Shown: positions 1-14,665 of the stretch, piece after piece
Layout: each line of letters opens with the position of its first letter
Position numbering within the stretch: the stretch's first letter is position 1
The notes under the pieces: generated by a model
Seen by the model: only the letters and a program-made list of their open reading frames with translations
What the model was told of the DNA's origin: nothing
Databases searched by the model: none
Source of the DNA: Octopus vulgaris
Taxonomy: Eukaryota
Reading direction: 5' to 3'
DNA length: 64,000 nucleotides
NCBI GenBank assembly: GCA_951406725.2
Contig: OX597818.1
Span: 58,590,001-58,654,000, forward strand
Translations under genes and position numbers: made by a program

Positions 1-588
1 ATATGCTATATGATTGCCGCTATTGCATGTATACAGTAAAAATCCCAAAATGAAAGTGAAAGTAGAATAGAATAGAATAAAACAAACTATTTTAGCAGCG
101 TGTAAATGTACAGGAAAAAAAGGTAACTGATATTAACGAGTTTCTGCTTGCGTGGGCGGAAACCGTATATCAATGTGAAGAATAAATGTAATCCGTAAGT
201 GGCCATCCAATTTAACAATCCTCAGTACAAATACACTCCCTGATTTACGGTATTTCCTAGCCTGCAACTGTACATAGGAACGTTTTCGGCGTCCATTAAA
301 CAGCTTAAAGTACTCGTTACCTCTTTCGCTGTCGTTAATCTTTTTACGCGCTCAAATTATTATGCATCGTTTTAGGTTATAATCAAGGAACAAATAATAA
401 TATATTGCGTCAGTTCACGACCAATAATACTCGTTGGGACATATGGAAATGATATTCCATCCATATATTATTAGTTCTCGCTCACACACTAAGCGTACAC
501 ACGTCACTGACTCCTTCCCTATCGATAAACGTTTGTGAATCTGATCGCGGGTGTGTATGTATATCGTGGTATATCTCAGTCCTTTGAA

Positions 589-993
589 GGCGGTGAGTTG
601 GTAGAAACGTTAGCACGCCGGACGAAATGCTTGGCGGTATTTCGTCTTCCGCTACGTTCTGAGTTCAAATTCCGCCGAGGTCGACTATGCCTTTCATCCT
701 TTCGGGGTCGATAAATTAATTACCAATTACGCACTGGAGTCGATGTAATCGAGTTAATCCGTTTGTCTGTCCTTGTTTGTCCCCTCTATGTTTAGCCCCT
801 TGTGGGTAGTAAAGAAATAGGTATTTCATCTGCCGTTACGTTCTGAGTTCAAATTCCGCCGAGGTCGACTTTGCCTTTCATTCGATAAATTAAGTACCAA
901 TTACGCACTGGGGTCGATGTAATCGAGTTAATCAGTTTGTCTGTCCTTGTTTGTCCCCTCTATGTTTAGCCCCCTGTAGGCAATAAAGAAAAA
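589..993 (+). mobile_element. SINE family A, partial-tandem dimer
   Basis: tRNA-like head with A box and B box (gagttcaaattc), central gcctttcatcctttcggggtcgataaa domain, diverged 21-bp TSD at 568-588/994-1014. Confidence 0.9.
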
Positions 994-1392
994 GGTATAT
1001 ATTAGTCCTTCGAAACTTCGTTCGATCAACTGGCATGCAGTCGCATGTAAGGTTAAATCAATTCTTTTGTAGAATAATCAGCGTCACACTTTCCGTGACA
1101 AGGTGGTACCTACCATTTTATTCTGCTTGCTTTTACTAACATGTTCGGGGCAAACCGAGGGTATTCTCAGATTTACACACAGATTGATCCAACTCGGGGT
1201 CTCAAAGAAACGAAGCGAAGATCTTAACCCCATTCGGGTGTTTGAATACATGTGTGTGTGTGTATGTGTGTGTCTGTCTGTCTCTGTCTGTCTCTGTGTG
1301 TACGTGTGTGCGTGCGTGTGTGAATATTTCTCGGAAACTAATTTTCCTGTGGATAGCAATGTAATTCTTAATAATTTACAATGGTAAAGTGG

Positions 1393-1620
1393 AATGCGGG
1401 CAGAATCGTTACCACACCGGGCGAAATGCGTGGCCGTATTTCGCCTGCCGTTACGTTCTGAGTTCAAATTCCGCCATGGTCGACTTTGCCTTTCATTCTT
1501 TCGGAGTCGATAAATTAAGTACTAGTTACGAACTGGGGTCGATCTAATCGACTTAATACGTTTGTTTGTCCTTGTTTGTTCCCTGTGTGTGTAGCCCCTT
1601 ATGGGTAGTAAAGGAATAGG
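1393..1620 (+). mobile_element. SINE family A
   Basis: Aligns end to end with 589-820. Confidence 0.88.
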
Positions 1621-3174
1621 CAGTTTGTCCGGCTATACGGTATGGGTATAACTTCCACCAAAGTCGATTCTGCCATTCATCCTTTCATGGTTCATTAAAC
1701 TATGTACCAGTTGTGTACTGGGATCAATGTAATCCACTTACACCTTCCCCGAAATTGCTGGCCTTGTGCCAAAATCTCAAAATAATAATTTAGAAAGTCA
1801 GAATTTATATTAGAATAACTTCCTAGTATTTATGGTTGAAATCGTGTTAATGTTAGAGAAATGTTTGACTCCTACATGCCTTGAATGTAGATTATAAACC
1901 ATTTCAACATCTACCTTGGGACATGTCATCCATTATATAAAATACGTTCTGTCTGTCTGTGTGTGTGTCTTCTAGGATATCAAGCATCCTCCATGCATTT
2001 GTGCTCAAATATAATATGTAGATACCGATGGTATCAGGACGTGTATAAATCTTGAAAAATAACAAAAATCGATTCCAGGTGAGAATGCGATCGATAAAGC
2101 CGTTTTTGTCCTGCTTTCCTTCCGTCAACCTGTACATAACTGCACCTTCCACTTTTTGTTGTTTTTGTACTGCTTAAAGGCGCGTTTCTTTCCTGCCAAG
2201 CTTACTGTTTAAACCATGTTTGTGTTCTCCCAGCCAACAGCCTTATCATTACTGGTACTTTAAACTCATCGGTTGCCTATATTTGTGTGAATAAAATCGT
2301 TTTTCTTTGGAATAGAAAAAAGGCTATCTTTATTTCTTCTTTTGCTGGTGTCTCAAATTTAGGTTAAATCAGTGTTTCTGAAAGGGGAGGCCTATAGGAC
2401 GGTCGGACAAGTTGTTTTGAGAAAATTTGGTTGAAATGTTTGACAACTCAGCACCGTCCATTGGACGGGGGCGTTTTGCTCGTGCTATATAATATTAATG
2501 TAAACATACTTTACTGGGTATTAGATGTGTTTACTTATGCTTTTGTATTTTGATGACGAATTAGTTGCACACCCACTGTACTATGTATTAAAATTTATCA
2601 GATTCTAGAGATCTGAGCATGGAAGAAAGAATCCATTATATATATATTATATACTGTTATTTTTGTATTTACGCTTTTACTATTCAGCAATACTATAGTC
2701 AACGCTAGTATATTTGACTCATAGTCTGTATCTGGTTCCTAAAATCAATGTTTTTTTATTTAATTTTATATAATCCACGATACAATTCAATATTACAGAA
2801 TATTCTGAATATCAAAAATAATCAAATATGGCGCCTGTTATCGATGTGTAATCAGGATTGGTATTTGGTATGATTAGTCACCTTTACAAAGATTTGTAAT
2901 TTTGCTTCACAATGGATATTCATTATTCAACGTTTTCTGCAAGTCAGCTTCATTGAATATTAAGATTGTTCTTGCAAAACTGAAGCACAGTTGAGTGGTC
3001 GGCTAGACTATTGGGGGTAAACTCTCATTTTTGCCAACTCTTGTCTTTGTAAATTCTTCGCTGTACGAAATCAAATATTATTAGATGAGATGTTTTAATG
3101 CCGTATCCCTTCTTTAAGTTTGATGAGAGGGATCGATATACAAAATCAATGGCTACCTTTTGATTGTAGTTTAT

Positions 3175-3620
3175 ACTATCAAGTAGAGACTTCAAACTTG
3201 AAATCTTCAAAGCCACAGTCGAACCAATTCTACTATATGGCTCAGAAACCTGGACGTTATCAAAGAAGCTTGAGAGGCGGTTGGATGGAACCTACACTCG
3301 CCTCCTTATGAGAGCTCAAAATCTCGAGTGGAAGCGCCATCTAACCAAAATTCAAATATATGGGAAACTACCACATGTGTCATCTCTTGTGAAAAGTAGG
3401 AGAGTCCAGTTTGCTGGACATTGTTGTAGAGCTTAAAAAGAAGTAATTTCTACTCTTCTCCTCTGGAAGCCCTCTACTCGCAATACCAGAGGGCGCACAC
3501 TCTCCTACCCTGATGTAATCTCCAGGGATACAGGCATCCAGCAACAAGACCTCCGTAATGCCATGATGGACCGTGAAGTCTGGCATAGCATGGTAAATTG
3601 TCTCGACCATGGTCGAACAA
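3175..3620 (+). mobile_element. RTE-group LINE 3' fragment
   Basis: A frame absent from the ORF track reads EIFKATVEPILLYGSETWTLSKKLERRLDGTYTRLLMRAQN...RRVQFAGHCCRA*...MMDREVW, typical of the region C-terminal to RT. Confidence 0.85.
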
Positions 3621-4645
3621 AAATATACTATCAATAAGAAGAAAATAAAAAAAACATACTGCTCTTCTTCCCAAGGTTGTTATAACATTGCTAGGACCCA
3701 TAAAATCGGCCTTACACTGCTTTCTACCAAAATCTCCATTCACAAATCTACAGAATCATTGAATGACTCCATGTTTGAAGTAACATAGATGTATGATGTA
3801 TCAGTTACTGTCAAACGAAGTGAGGATATGAACAAGTTCCCCTATCCATTCTAAGCACTCCGACCGCCACCAAAGCTAAACAGAATTTGTCTGAAAAATC
3901 GGTAACTCCAATCGCACAGAATCACAGTATTCTTAGAATATGTTTCTGTTACTTTTTCTCCGAATTATATATTACAAGTGTCTGCACATTTTCTTTTTTA
4001 AATTATTTCAATCGAAGCGGAATATTGGACCTAGTAGAATCAGACGGATGTGTTTTTCAATAGTTGGACCTTGGATGTTAATGTTTAAGCAGATAAGAGT
4101 AGAAATATATTTTTGCCTCTTATGTAGATCTAGAGACTAATGACAAATGACGGTTCATCTGATATCCTAATTTACTTTTTACACAAAGAAGTAATATTTC
4201 TTGCAATATTCAGCTGAATATTAAATATTGCTGCCTATACAAATGTCAGCAATAACATTTTCATTAATGAAAAATAATATAATACACAATTATATTATCT
4301 GGGGTATTATTTGTTTACGTCTTTCGATTGATGAAGCGCAATTCATACGTAGGAATGCGTATACAGGTATACAGTGTATAAAACTTATAAGGAGCTAAAC
4401 CAGACGATATTTAAATAATATAAAATATAATAATGTCATATTTAACTAATGATATGCAAAGGTAGAATTTTAACACCTTTCCCAATCAGGACCTGCATGT
4501 ATAGAGATTACACACACACAAGCATACACACACACACATATATATATACAGCTTTATACGTACCCTTCGAGATATTCGAGTACATATACATATATATATA
4601 TATATATATATACAGCTTTATACGTACCCTTCGAGATATTCGAAT

Positions 4646-4688
<43 letters not shown>

Positions 4689-4693
<5 letters not shown>

Positions 4694-5011
4694 ATAAGAT
4701 TTTATAATATCGATCATATCAAAAGGCCAGCATGGGAAAAAATCCTTATAGGTAATATTTATTATTAAAATTATAATTAAGGGTATCCAAAAGATTTTTT
4801 GCTAGTATATTTGTGTAGTTGTCTTCTCCCCTGGTGCTGTATGAAGACTCGATGTGGTTTTAGAGTCAAGTTTTGACTGCAATCTCTAGCATGATGGTAT
4901 CTTTTAGACACCTTTAATTATAATTTTAATAATAATTATTACCCATAAGGTTTTTATTCCTATGCTAGCCACTAGATATGATCGGTATTTAAAACAACGA
5001 TCTTATCCGTA
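4689..5011. mobile_element. AT-rich fold-back element (~110-bp imperfect arms) in (TA)n
   Basis: 4689-4795 is inverted at 4899-5011. A related fragment lies at ~7905-7990. Confidence 0.7.
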
Positions 5012-5157
5012 TTTATATAAATTTATATATATATTTACTTCGTCATTATATTCACTGCGGGGCTTTTTAACGTGAAGTTTAGACGGGCAATTAAATCGTT
5101 CCTATGCATACGTACATATATATTGTGTATACGTGCGTATATGTAAGTATTCGTATG

Positions 5158-5213
<56 letters not shown>

Positions 5214-5242
5214 ATTTGTAATTATGTACTATCTGTGTTTAT

Positions 5243-5291
5243 CCCACTGATGAGGCAGAGTATATGTTTATGCCAGAAACCTAGATCTGGG
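5243..5291 (+). ncRNA. Slightly degenerate minimal hammerhead motif
   Basis: ccca-CTGATGA-ggca(13 nt)tgcc-a-GAAA-cctaga-TC-tggg. Stem III is one change from the palindrome acctaggt, and the motif lies between (TA)n tracts. Confidence 0.65.
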
Positions 5292-6507
5292 AATAACTAA
5301 TAATTTTATTGCTAGTTCATTTGTCTATAGTGGTATCTATTAGATAGCCTTAACTATAATATTAAATATATATATATATATATATATACATGCACGCACA
5401 CATGCACCAATATACACACGTGCGCCTCTATATGTGTGTGTGAGTACGGATGTGTCTTTGTGTCTTAGTATATGTAAAGAGGATTGACTGATGGAAGTAT
5501 ATATGTGTTTTAACTTTATTTTATTTTGCACACCAGCGAATACAATTAAGGGGAGTAAGCATAATTATTTAATCGAACGATCTAGGACATTATTTCTCTT
5601 AATTTAATATGCATAGGTTTACGTTTTATTAGTCAAAATGCTGACCTATAATTCCACACTTCGTTAAAAAAAGTACCCGACAAAATTAATGGTATTATTT
5701 TATCAGCCGAATTGAGTAGGAAGATTATGAAAATCGATCGTGGTTTCATCCGAAGACAGAATCTAAATTGATGTAGGTAATTTCTTTAAGCTATTTAGTT
5801 CTAGGCTATTGAATATCTGCCCGGACTACTTGCTATATATTGATCATAGAATATGCAAACACTCAATGAACGAGAGAGCCTGTTAGGGAACAAGGTTAGC
5901 AAAGTGGAGTAAGTTGATTGGAATAAATATAGACGTGGATATGTGTCTTCGGCATTCTCTCCGCCATATGCGTGTTCAGATAGCTTTCGCACACATATTA
6001 TCATTATAACTTTCCCTATTAGATATTGGATTCTTTACCATGCATCATGATTAGCCTATCATATGTTTCACTGATCAACTTAAAAGAACATGCATACGTG
6101 AAACGTTGGCATAATAAGCAGAAATGGAGAAATGTAGATTGTGTCGAACAGCCATGCGTACATACATTCATGATACACACACGCATACGCACAGACACAC
6201 ACAAACACACACAACGCGCTCACGCATCTGCTCATATGAATATATACATATAATAAAATATATGGTATACTATAATGTAATATGTGTATGTATGTTTATA
6301 TTTATGCATTTATGTATGTGCAGAGCAGAATAGCAGAACCTATACTGATTGGTATTTGAGAAGAAGTGCTATTTTCACTCAAACATCTGCAGCTTAAATC
6401 TCATTTGCGAAAATATGTGATGCACAAAGAAAAATATATCATCTATACCTACATAATATGATATTATATATCTATCTATCTGTCTATCATATCTATCATA
6501 TCTATCC

Positions 6508-6592
<85 letters not shown>

Positions 6593-6719
6593 CACATATA
6601 TATACATACATATATTTCCTTTTATCTACTTATCTATCTATCTATCTGTCCATCTGTCTGTCTAGCTACCTGTCTGTCTGTTTATCTATCTATCACTCTC
6701 TCTCTCTCTCTCTCTCTCT

Positions 6720-6764
<45 letters not shown>

Positions 6765-7772
6765 TACATACACATACATACACGCATACGCACTTGCTCG
6801 TGCATTCGGGTTATTTTTCTTATTCTTCCACTTGGAACATCACTTTAACAAATTTTAGTCGAAGAAATCGACCTCACAACTTAGTGTTTGTAAACCTATT
6901 ACATAGGTTGTTTTTTTTCCGCACAGCTAAGTTACAGGGACATAAACAAACCAGCATCGGTTGTGAGGCGTTGGTGGGAGGAACAAGCACAATTACACAA
7001 ATCCATCTACCAAATCTGCCAATATCGTCTACGAAATCCACCCACTAGTCTTTGGTCCGCCCAAGATTACAGTGGAGAACACTTAGCCTAGGTGCCACTG
7101 AGTGGGACTGAACCGTATGACTGGGAGACAAGTGTCTTACTACCTGGCCACATCTTGTATACTTTTACGTTCTATGTTTGCTTGTTTTAACATTTGCACA
7201 GCGGTCATGCTACGGCAGAGCCTTCAAAGATTCAGTCAAACGAATCGACCCAGCAAATTACTACTTTAGCTACGGTAGGATTGCGTCTTCTTTTCCCCCC
7301 GAACTATCATGTTAAGGGATATAAATAAAACAACATTAGCAATCAGTTGATGAAAGGAGAAACACAAAGACACTCATACTCAAAAGAGGACGGATATATA
7401 TATATATGTGTGTGTTTGTGCATATATATTTATGTGTTTAATTCAAATTACAATGAAAGTAAACAAAGTTTGCTTTAGAAGCGTTGAGATGTATTGAAAG
7501 ATACAGATAAGGAAATAATTATATATCCTCAAACGCAGGATAGTGCTATTAATATAGCATTAACTGGATAAACTACATATATTTTGCAGAAAGATGTGTT
7601 GGCAGCCAGCCATGAGACGCGATTCATCCCTGTGATTACGCGTTTAGTGCTTTACCTTTAAGCTAAACTGACCAAACAACAAAAAATTCTTCTGCAAATT
7701 TAGGACATATAAATTTAGCATTATAAGACTCTATCTTACGTTAAACTCAAATTACGCTGAAAAAAATACATC

Positions 7773-7887
<115 letters not shown>

Positions 7888-8023
7888 CATATGGTATATA
7901 TATAGTCATAGTATTTTGGTTTTATAGTCAAGCTTTGGCTGCTATTTCCAGCGTGGTGGTATCTCTTAGATACTCTAAATTATAATTTTACACACACACA
8001 CACACAGATATATATATATATAT

Positions 8024-8080
<57 letters not shown>

Positions 8081-8220
8081 TGGGTTTTTATTTCACTGGT
8101 AATCTAAACGTATATGTACGCTGGGTGAGTGATGCAACCGATTATCAGGGTCTCAAGCTCGCAACTGAGATGGGAGCTATGGATCACTTTTAAGTTCCCG
8201 ATTTAAAATAGACATATACT

Positions 8221-8253
<33 letters not shown>

Positions 8254-9321
8254 ATGTATGGATGTATGCATAAAAGAATGTGGAGAGTGAGGAAATAGCT
8301 TCTAACAATAAAGAAAGTTTAGTAAAACCTAAATATATTTCGTGCTCAAACTTCAGAGTTAAAGAAATATACCAAGGTTTTATTCAACTTGCTCTATTGT
8401 TAGTAGGCGTCTATTTTCTGTCTTCCCACATTCTTCGTCGTCAAAATGTTTTAAGTGCACTGCAACGCTGTTTTTTTATATGTACACACAACACAAACAC
8501 ACACACACACGCACACATGGACACACACACACACACACATACAAACACATACAAATCAAGGATTGGACAGAAATAACACAACCATGAGAAAACACAGTAA
8601 GGGGAAAAGCAAGAGAAAACACAACAGCGGGAAAACCTGATTATAAAAATAACAAACAGAGAACCACACAAAAACAAGAAACATGGACCAATGTCCGAAC
8701 TGTATGCTCTCTGTGCTCCTTGCTCCCCTTCCTCTTCTCTAGCCTTTTCTCTGTTTCCGGACGAAGAGCCATGCTCGAAACGCTAACTCCATTTTTCTAT
8801 TTGTAACTTTCACTGTGCACGTCCAATTGACATTTGTAACTTTTTCCAGTTCTTGTTGTAACATTGGATATGACTCGCATACATATACACACGTACACAT
8901 ACACACGCACTCACACACACACACGCACATGCAACCGCATACGAACACACATACACACACCACATAATTCTGTATAGGATACTTAACGTGGGTATAATGT
9001 AGAAAGCCGTAGAAGTACAATATAAACGTGTACTACTAAAAAATCAGAAGTCTATTACTAACAGAAGCCATAGGCAAAGCGTCCAACTGCGGCATTAGGA
9101 TGCGTAAATCACGATTTCTGTGTTTTTGCACGTCATCAGTAGTAAATATTTGCTATCAACCACATACAAACACAAATTTCGCATGTACGTGTACTGGCAA
9201 AGCAATGACTCACGTATCACTTATTTCATAAAAAGCTGGCGGGTTGTGTAAGAATTCTTTTGTAGCTACGAAAGTAGTTTCTGTACAGCACAACATCATC
9301 TTTATTTTACATTACAATGAT

Positions 9322-9733
9322 AGGTACAGGAGTGGCTGTGTAGTAAGTAGCTTGCTTACCAACCACATGGTTCCCGGTTCATTTCTACTGCGTGGCATCT
9401 TGGGCAAATTTCTTCTACTAGAGCCCTCAGGCCGACCAATGCTTTGTGAGTGGATTTGGTAGACTGAAACTGAAAGAAGCCCGTCGTATATATGTATATA
9501 TATTTATGTATGTGTATGTATACGTTCGTGTGGCTGTGTTTGTCCTCCCAACATAGCTTGACAACCGATAGTGGTGTGTTTACGTCCCCGTAACTTAGCA
9601 GTTCGACAAAAGACACCGATAGAATAAGTACTAGGCTTCCAAAGAGTAAGTCCTGGGGTCGATCTGCTCGACTAAAGGCGGTGCTTCTAGCATGGCCACA
9701 GTCAAATGACTGAAACAATTAAAAGAGTAAAGA
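9322..9733 (+). mobile_element. SINE family B (internal TA/TG microsatellite)
   Basis: Head caggagtggctgtg..ggttca, CORE-like cttgggcaa, tail ggcggtgct..agcatggcc.cagtcaaatgactgaaac and (taaaagag)n. Confidence 0.88.
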
Positions 9734-9861
9734 GTATATATTATTAAAAAAGCACAAGACGGCTGCTGTTACACTTTCGTGCATTTTAGAACTGGGAATC
9801 TATACGAAACGCCTTCAGGAGACAAATACTGCAATTTTGTGGCTTTCTTTTGTATATCTAA

Positions 9862-10260
9862 CTAGTATCGCCCGACGTTGCTCGGGTTTGTAAGGGAAAT
9901 AACTATATAAGCATTTTTAGAGAGTTTTAGCCAAAAAATAGTTTAAAAAATGCATTAAAAATGGGAAAAAATGATGGTAATTTTTTTTTTAAATCGTTGA
10001 CTCATCGTAGACATTTTTAGAGAGTTACTTCCCTTATAAAATAGCGAAAGAAATGCATTAAATTGGGAAAAAATGATGGTAATTTTTTTTAATAAGCGTA
10101 GTCTCATCGTAGACGCGCGCTAATACCCAGAAGGGCTCGATATGAATCACGACTATAAGATACCCGGTTTTGGTTAAACTGCACCGCAAAATGTGGGAGT
10201 AGTTAGGAATCTAAATCGTAGGAGACAGACAGCACACAACCTCACTTTTATATATAAAGA
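9862..10260 (-). mobile_element. Non-autonomous Helitron (399 bp)
   Basis: Minus strand reads A|TCtttatatataaaag...cccga(gcaacg)tcggg-cgata-CTAG|T: 5'-TC, subterminal hairpin, CTAG-3', A/T target, no TSD. Contains an internal ~100-bp tandem duplication. Confidence 0.85.
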
Positions 10261-10478
10261 TTTAAGTAAGAATTAAAGCATGCCGTTCCACAGCGATATT
10301 TTTTATCGCCGAGAGAACGAATTGTACCATGTTCATTAGCTATATGTGACGTCAGAGATTTGTTTATCAACATTTTTTAATGTGACTGATAATGAGTACT
10401 TAGTAATGTGGATGAACAAAGGATAGTATTTCTGATTTAGTAATTCTGCCAACGCTACGTTGGTGTTGTAGTTTAATG

Positions 10479-10901
10479 AGCGCAGGAGTGGCTGTGTGGT
10501 AAGTAGCTTGCTAACCAACCACATGGTTCCGGGTTCAGTCCTACTGCGTGGCATCTTGGGCAAGTGTCTTCTGCTATAGCCCCGGGCCGATCAATGCCTT
10601 GTGAGTGGATTTGGTAGACGGAAACTGAAAGAAGCCTGTCGTATATATGTATATATATATGTATATGTATGTGTGTGTTTGTGTGTCTGTGTTTGTCCCC
10701 CTAGTATTGCTTGACAACCGATGCTGGTGTGTTTACGTCCCCGTCACCTAGCGGTTCGGAATAAGAGACCGATAGAATAAGTACTGGGCTTACAAAGAAT
10801 AAGTCTCGGGTCGATTTGCTCGACTAAATGCAGTGCTCCAGCATGGCCGCAGTCAAATGACTGAAACATGTAAAAGAGTAAAAGAGTAAAAGAGTAAAGA
10901 G
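10479..10901 (+). mobile_element. SINE family B
   Basis: Full-length match to the other B copies. Confidence 0.9.
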
Positions 10902-11056
10902 TACTGCTTTGTGTGGCTCTTTTGTTTTAATTATAAGGTGAGTTTCTTAACCATGCTAATCCTTTCCATTGCTTCCAGTCGGAGGCAAAGGAAATGGTTC
11001 GCCTTCTCGTCATCGATCGACAAAGATTCGAAGACCAGTAGAGAGACGAGGTATTC

Positions 11057-11450
11057 TTTTCTATTCTAGGCACGAGGCTCGAAATTCTAGGGGATGAGGC
11101 CTGTCGATTAGATCGACTCCAGTCCACAATTGGTACTTAATTTATCGACCACGAAAGGATGAAAGGAAAAGTCGACTTCGGCGGAATTTGAACTCAGAAC
11201 GTAAAACCAGACGAAATACCTATTTCTTTACTACCCACGTGGGGCTAAACACAGAGAGGACAAACAAGGACAGACAAACGGGTTAAGTCAGTTACATCGA
11301 CCCCAGTGCGTAACTGGTACTTAATTTATCGACCCCGAAAGGATGAAAGGCAAAGCTGACCTCGGCGGAATTTGAACTCAGAACGTAACGACAGACGAAA
11401 TACGGCTACGCATTTCGCCCGTCGTGCTAACGTTTCTGCCAGCTCTCCGC
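11057..11450 (-). mobile_element. SINE family A dimer with two different tails
   Basis: Reverse-complement match; flanked by gaggtatt on both sides. Confidence 0.85.
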
Positions 11451-12868
11451 GAGGTATTGCTATGCAATTGAATGCGTCTGTCTATGCTTCTACTCTGCTT
11501 GACAGATCAGGTGGTTGAATGCGCAGGTGTTAGTGATGATAGTGATCAGGTGGGTGCGCAGGTGTTAGTGACAATAGACCCTCATTTGTTGACTGATTTA
11601 TTCGTAGCACTTTGTTTTATTATTCATTCTGACGACAGTGCTCTTCTTGCTTTCTCGTCGTTGTTTTCAGTACATGTAAGGTACGTTATGCTATGAATTC
11701 CTTTTTTTATCTTGTTTATCTTGTGGCAATATTTTAGGCAACAATAGAACCCTACGTTTCCCCCACTTTAATGCGCACAGAAGCCCTTCAATGGTTATTA
11801 CCACGTGTATGGAAATGTAACCTTCTGCTTCCAAACGCTGCGCACGGTAGCGAACCACTAGGCAGGTCGATAAGGCCAGCGATTCCTTCCGCGAATTATT
11901 TGTCTACTTAGATTAACGGCTCCAATCTCTACCCATTAATTTTCTTTTCAAAGCCTGTAGACCTTTAGCGCGGATATTATTGTTTGACCTTGAATATCTG
12001 TATGAGAAATATTTCTTAATATTTCTAAGCGTATCACAATATTTCCACTGCTGTCCTCTTCAGTATCACCTCAACTTTTCCCATCATTCATCCTCGAGCG
12101 ATATAGTTTCCGATGTCCTACATTGCTTTGGGGCATATTTCAACTTAAACTTGTGTCGTTCGCTTCACATAACTGGACATCAGCCACGTGGACATAGACC
12201 TATACACTAATTTTCATTAAGTATCTCCTCGTTTATTGCCGTTGGTACTTGTAAGGACACTATCCCCCACTCACCAATTCTATGATATCGTAGATATCTT
12301 GCAGTGATAAAAAAAATATTAGCATTTTCCATCGGCGAAACCGTTAGCAATTGTTCTGCTTACCGCGTTATGCTACAGGTTACGTCGTTTGTATTTATGG
12401 CCGTGATAATGGTGCTATTTTTTTTAAAGCTTTCTAGCGCTACCAAAATCTATTTCTCGCTGCTGTGCTTGTCGTTATGTTTGCTGGTGTTATTATCGGA
12501 CGAACCATCGCCTTTGTTGCAGTTGTCACGGCCACTGCTACTGCCACTGCTGTAAATTTTACGAGCGTGTTATTGATTACATATATTTATGTGTGTGGGA
12601 GTGTATGGATGGAAATCCCATTGCACAGCAAATCAATCTCATGGAGTAATTGACACGTGTAATTTACCATGGCAATGTATATGGCTACGTAGAGTTAGTG
12701 TAAATGACACAGTCGATGGTGAATTAGGAAATAAAATTGCGAACATCTTCCAATAAACTATGTTACCGATCATTCCCTCTTACTTCGGAGACGTTGGACA
12801 AAATACTTAGCCACCTTTCCTCTAGCTCGTTAGGTTCTGAGTTCAGATTCTGCCAAGGTTGATTCTGT

Positions 12869-13405
12869 GGAGGCACATGGCCTAGTGGTAGGAGCAGCGG
12901 ACTCGCGGTCGAAGGACCGCTGGTTCGAATCTCAGGCCGGGCGATGTGTGTGTTTATGAGCGAAACACCTAAGCTCCACGCAGCTCCGGCAGAATGTAAT
13001 GGCGAACTTCTGCTGACTCTTTTGCCACAACTTTCTCTCACTCTTTCCTCCTGCATTTGCAGCTCACCTGCAACGGACTGGCTTCCAGTCCAGTTGGGGA
13101 AACCTATACACCAATGGGAAGCACGTGACGTAGTGGTTAGAGCAGAGGACTCGTGGTTGAGGGACCGCGGGTTCGAATTTCAGACCGGGTGATGTGTGTG
13201 ATTATGAGCGAAACACCTGAGCTCCACGCGGCTCCGGCAGAAGGTAACGACGAACTTCTGCTGACACTTTCGCCACAACATTCTCTCACTCTTTCCTCCT
13301 GTATCTTGCAGCTCACCTGCGACGGACTGGCGTCCCGTCCAGGTGGGGAACCTATACGCCAAGGAAACCGGAAACCGGCCCTATGAGCCAGGCGTGGCTC
13401 AAGAA
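12869..13405 (+). mobile_element. SINE family C tandem pair, tail type 3
   Basis: tRNA-like heads (tggcctagtgg...ggttcgaatc) at ~12870 and ~13117; tail cctgcgacggactggcgtcccgtccagg. Confidence 0.85.
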
Positions 13406-14302
13406 GGAACAAAGAACAACAGGATCGATTCTACGGTTCATCAATTCGGGAATGATATATATCATTACCATTCAAATATTTGGATCGATTTTATCAATTC
13501 CTCACCCACTCAACATACCTGGCCTTATGCCGAAATTAGAAGGAATTATTTCTGTCTGCATTAAATATATATTGTATGCCATACCCTGGATATTGTTTGA
13601 AGATCAAAAAGATCATAAATACATGACAATTACAATTATTTTATAATTCTGTAACTGTTAAGAACTATTGAATTCCTCACGGCTACTGTAATCTTTCTAA
13701 TAAACAAATGTGAATTTAAATGAAAATGAAAATATGCATAATTCAGACTAATTAGTTTAAACGAACAACTGTATTCTCAAAGTATCTTTCGTAAGAGCAA
13801 TTAACGAAGAAGAAGCAAAACAGTCACCAAGCACAAACAGGAAATAGAGCTAAAGGGTAATATGCGAAACACGTATAGAAGGTCTAAAAATCTACTTTTA
13901 TGGAACCTACAATCTTACAAACTACCTAACGGAAATACCTGGGATAATTTCTGAAAAAATACAAAATATGAAAAGAAAGTCATGACAAATTATATAGATA
14001 ATTGGCTTGTATTTGTAAATCATAAGTTAATTACGCTCGGTGTTGCTGTAAAGTTTGAGAAGTTTTAAGCGTAATCAACGACATAGATGTGGTAACGAAG
14101 ATAAAAAGTACGAAAGACAAGATCGATTTACATATGTGAAAGAGGAAATAGTTTGGCGAAACTTAAACTATGTGAGAAAACAACGGGGCTTTGCGTAATT
14201 TGATTCAGAAGCAGAGCTAAATAAGTTCGGTGGGAGGTGTAAGACAATAGCAGTGAATATACACATATAAAATACACACATAGACAAACATGTTAACTAA
14301 AA

Positions 14303-14335
<33 letters not shown>

Positions 14336-14345
14336 AATATGTGAA

Positions 14346-14665
14346 GGCGCGTGCCTCAGTGGTTAGATCGTGAGGTTGTGAGCCCGAATCCCGGACCGGG
14401 CTGCGTGTTGTGTTCTTGAGCAAGACACTTTATTTCACGTTGCTCCAGTTCACTCATCTTTAGAAATGAGTTGCGACGTCACAGGTGCCAATCTGTATCG
14501 GCCCCTTTGCCTTTCCCTTGGACAACATCGGTGACGTGGAGAGGGGAGACCGGTATGCATGGGCGACTGCTGGTCTTCCATAAAACAACCTTGCCCAGAC
14601 TTGTGCCTTCGAGGGTAACTCTCTAGGTGCAAACCCATGGTCAGTGTCTGACCGAAGGGGGTCAC
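14346..14665 (+). mobile_element. CORE-type SINE (family D)
   Basis: tRNA-like head, then gtgttcttgagcaagacacttta...gaaatgag (CORE-like). A decayed relative at ~23320-23598 (minus) has a tail resembling type 2. Confidence 0.75.

Noticed and set aside
2030-2480. Possible pogo-like transposase N-terminal remnant on the minus strand (FKVP...KLGRKET)
   Set aside because: Too degraded to support by eye; needs a profile search.
6458-7048. 196-aa ORF and similar poly-YI/CV/N/L ORFs throughout the window
   Set aside because: Microsatellite and SINE read-through.
12870-12945. tRNA genes (also 17903 and 13117)
   Set aside because: tRNA-like SINE heads continuous with SINE bodies; no proper acceptor stem or terminator.
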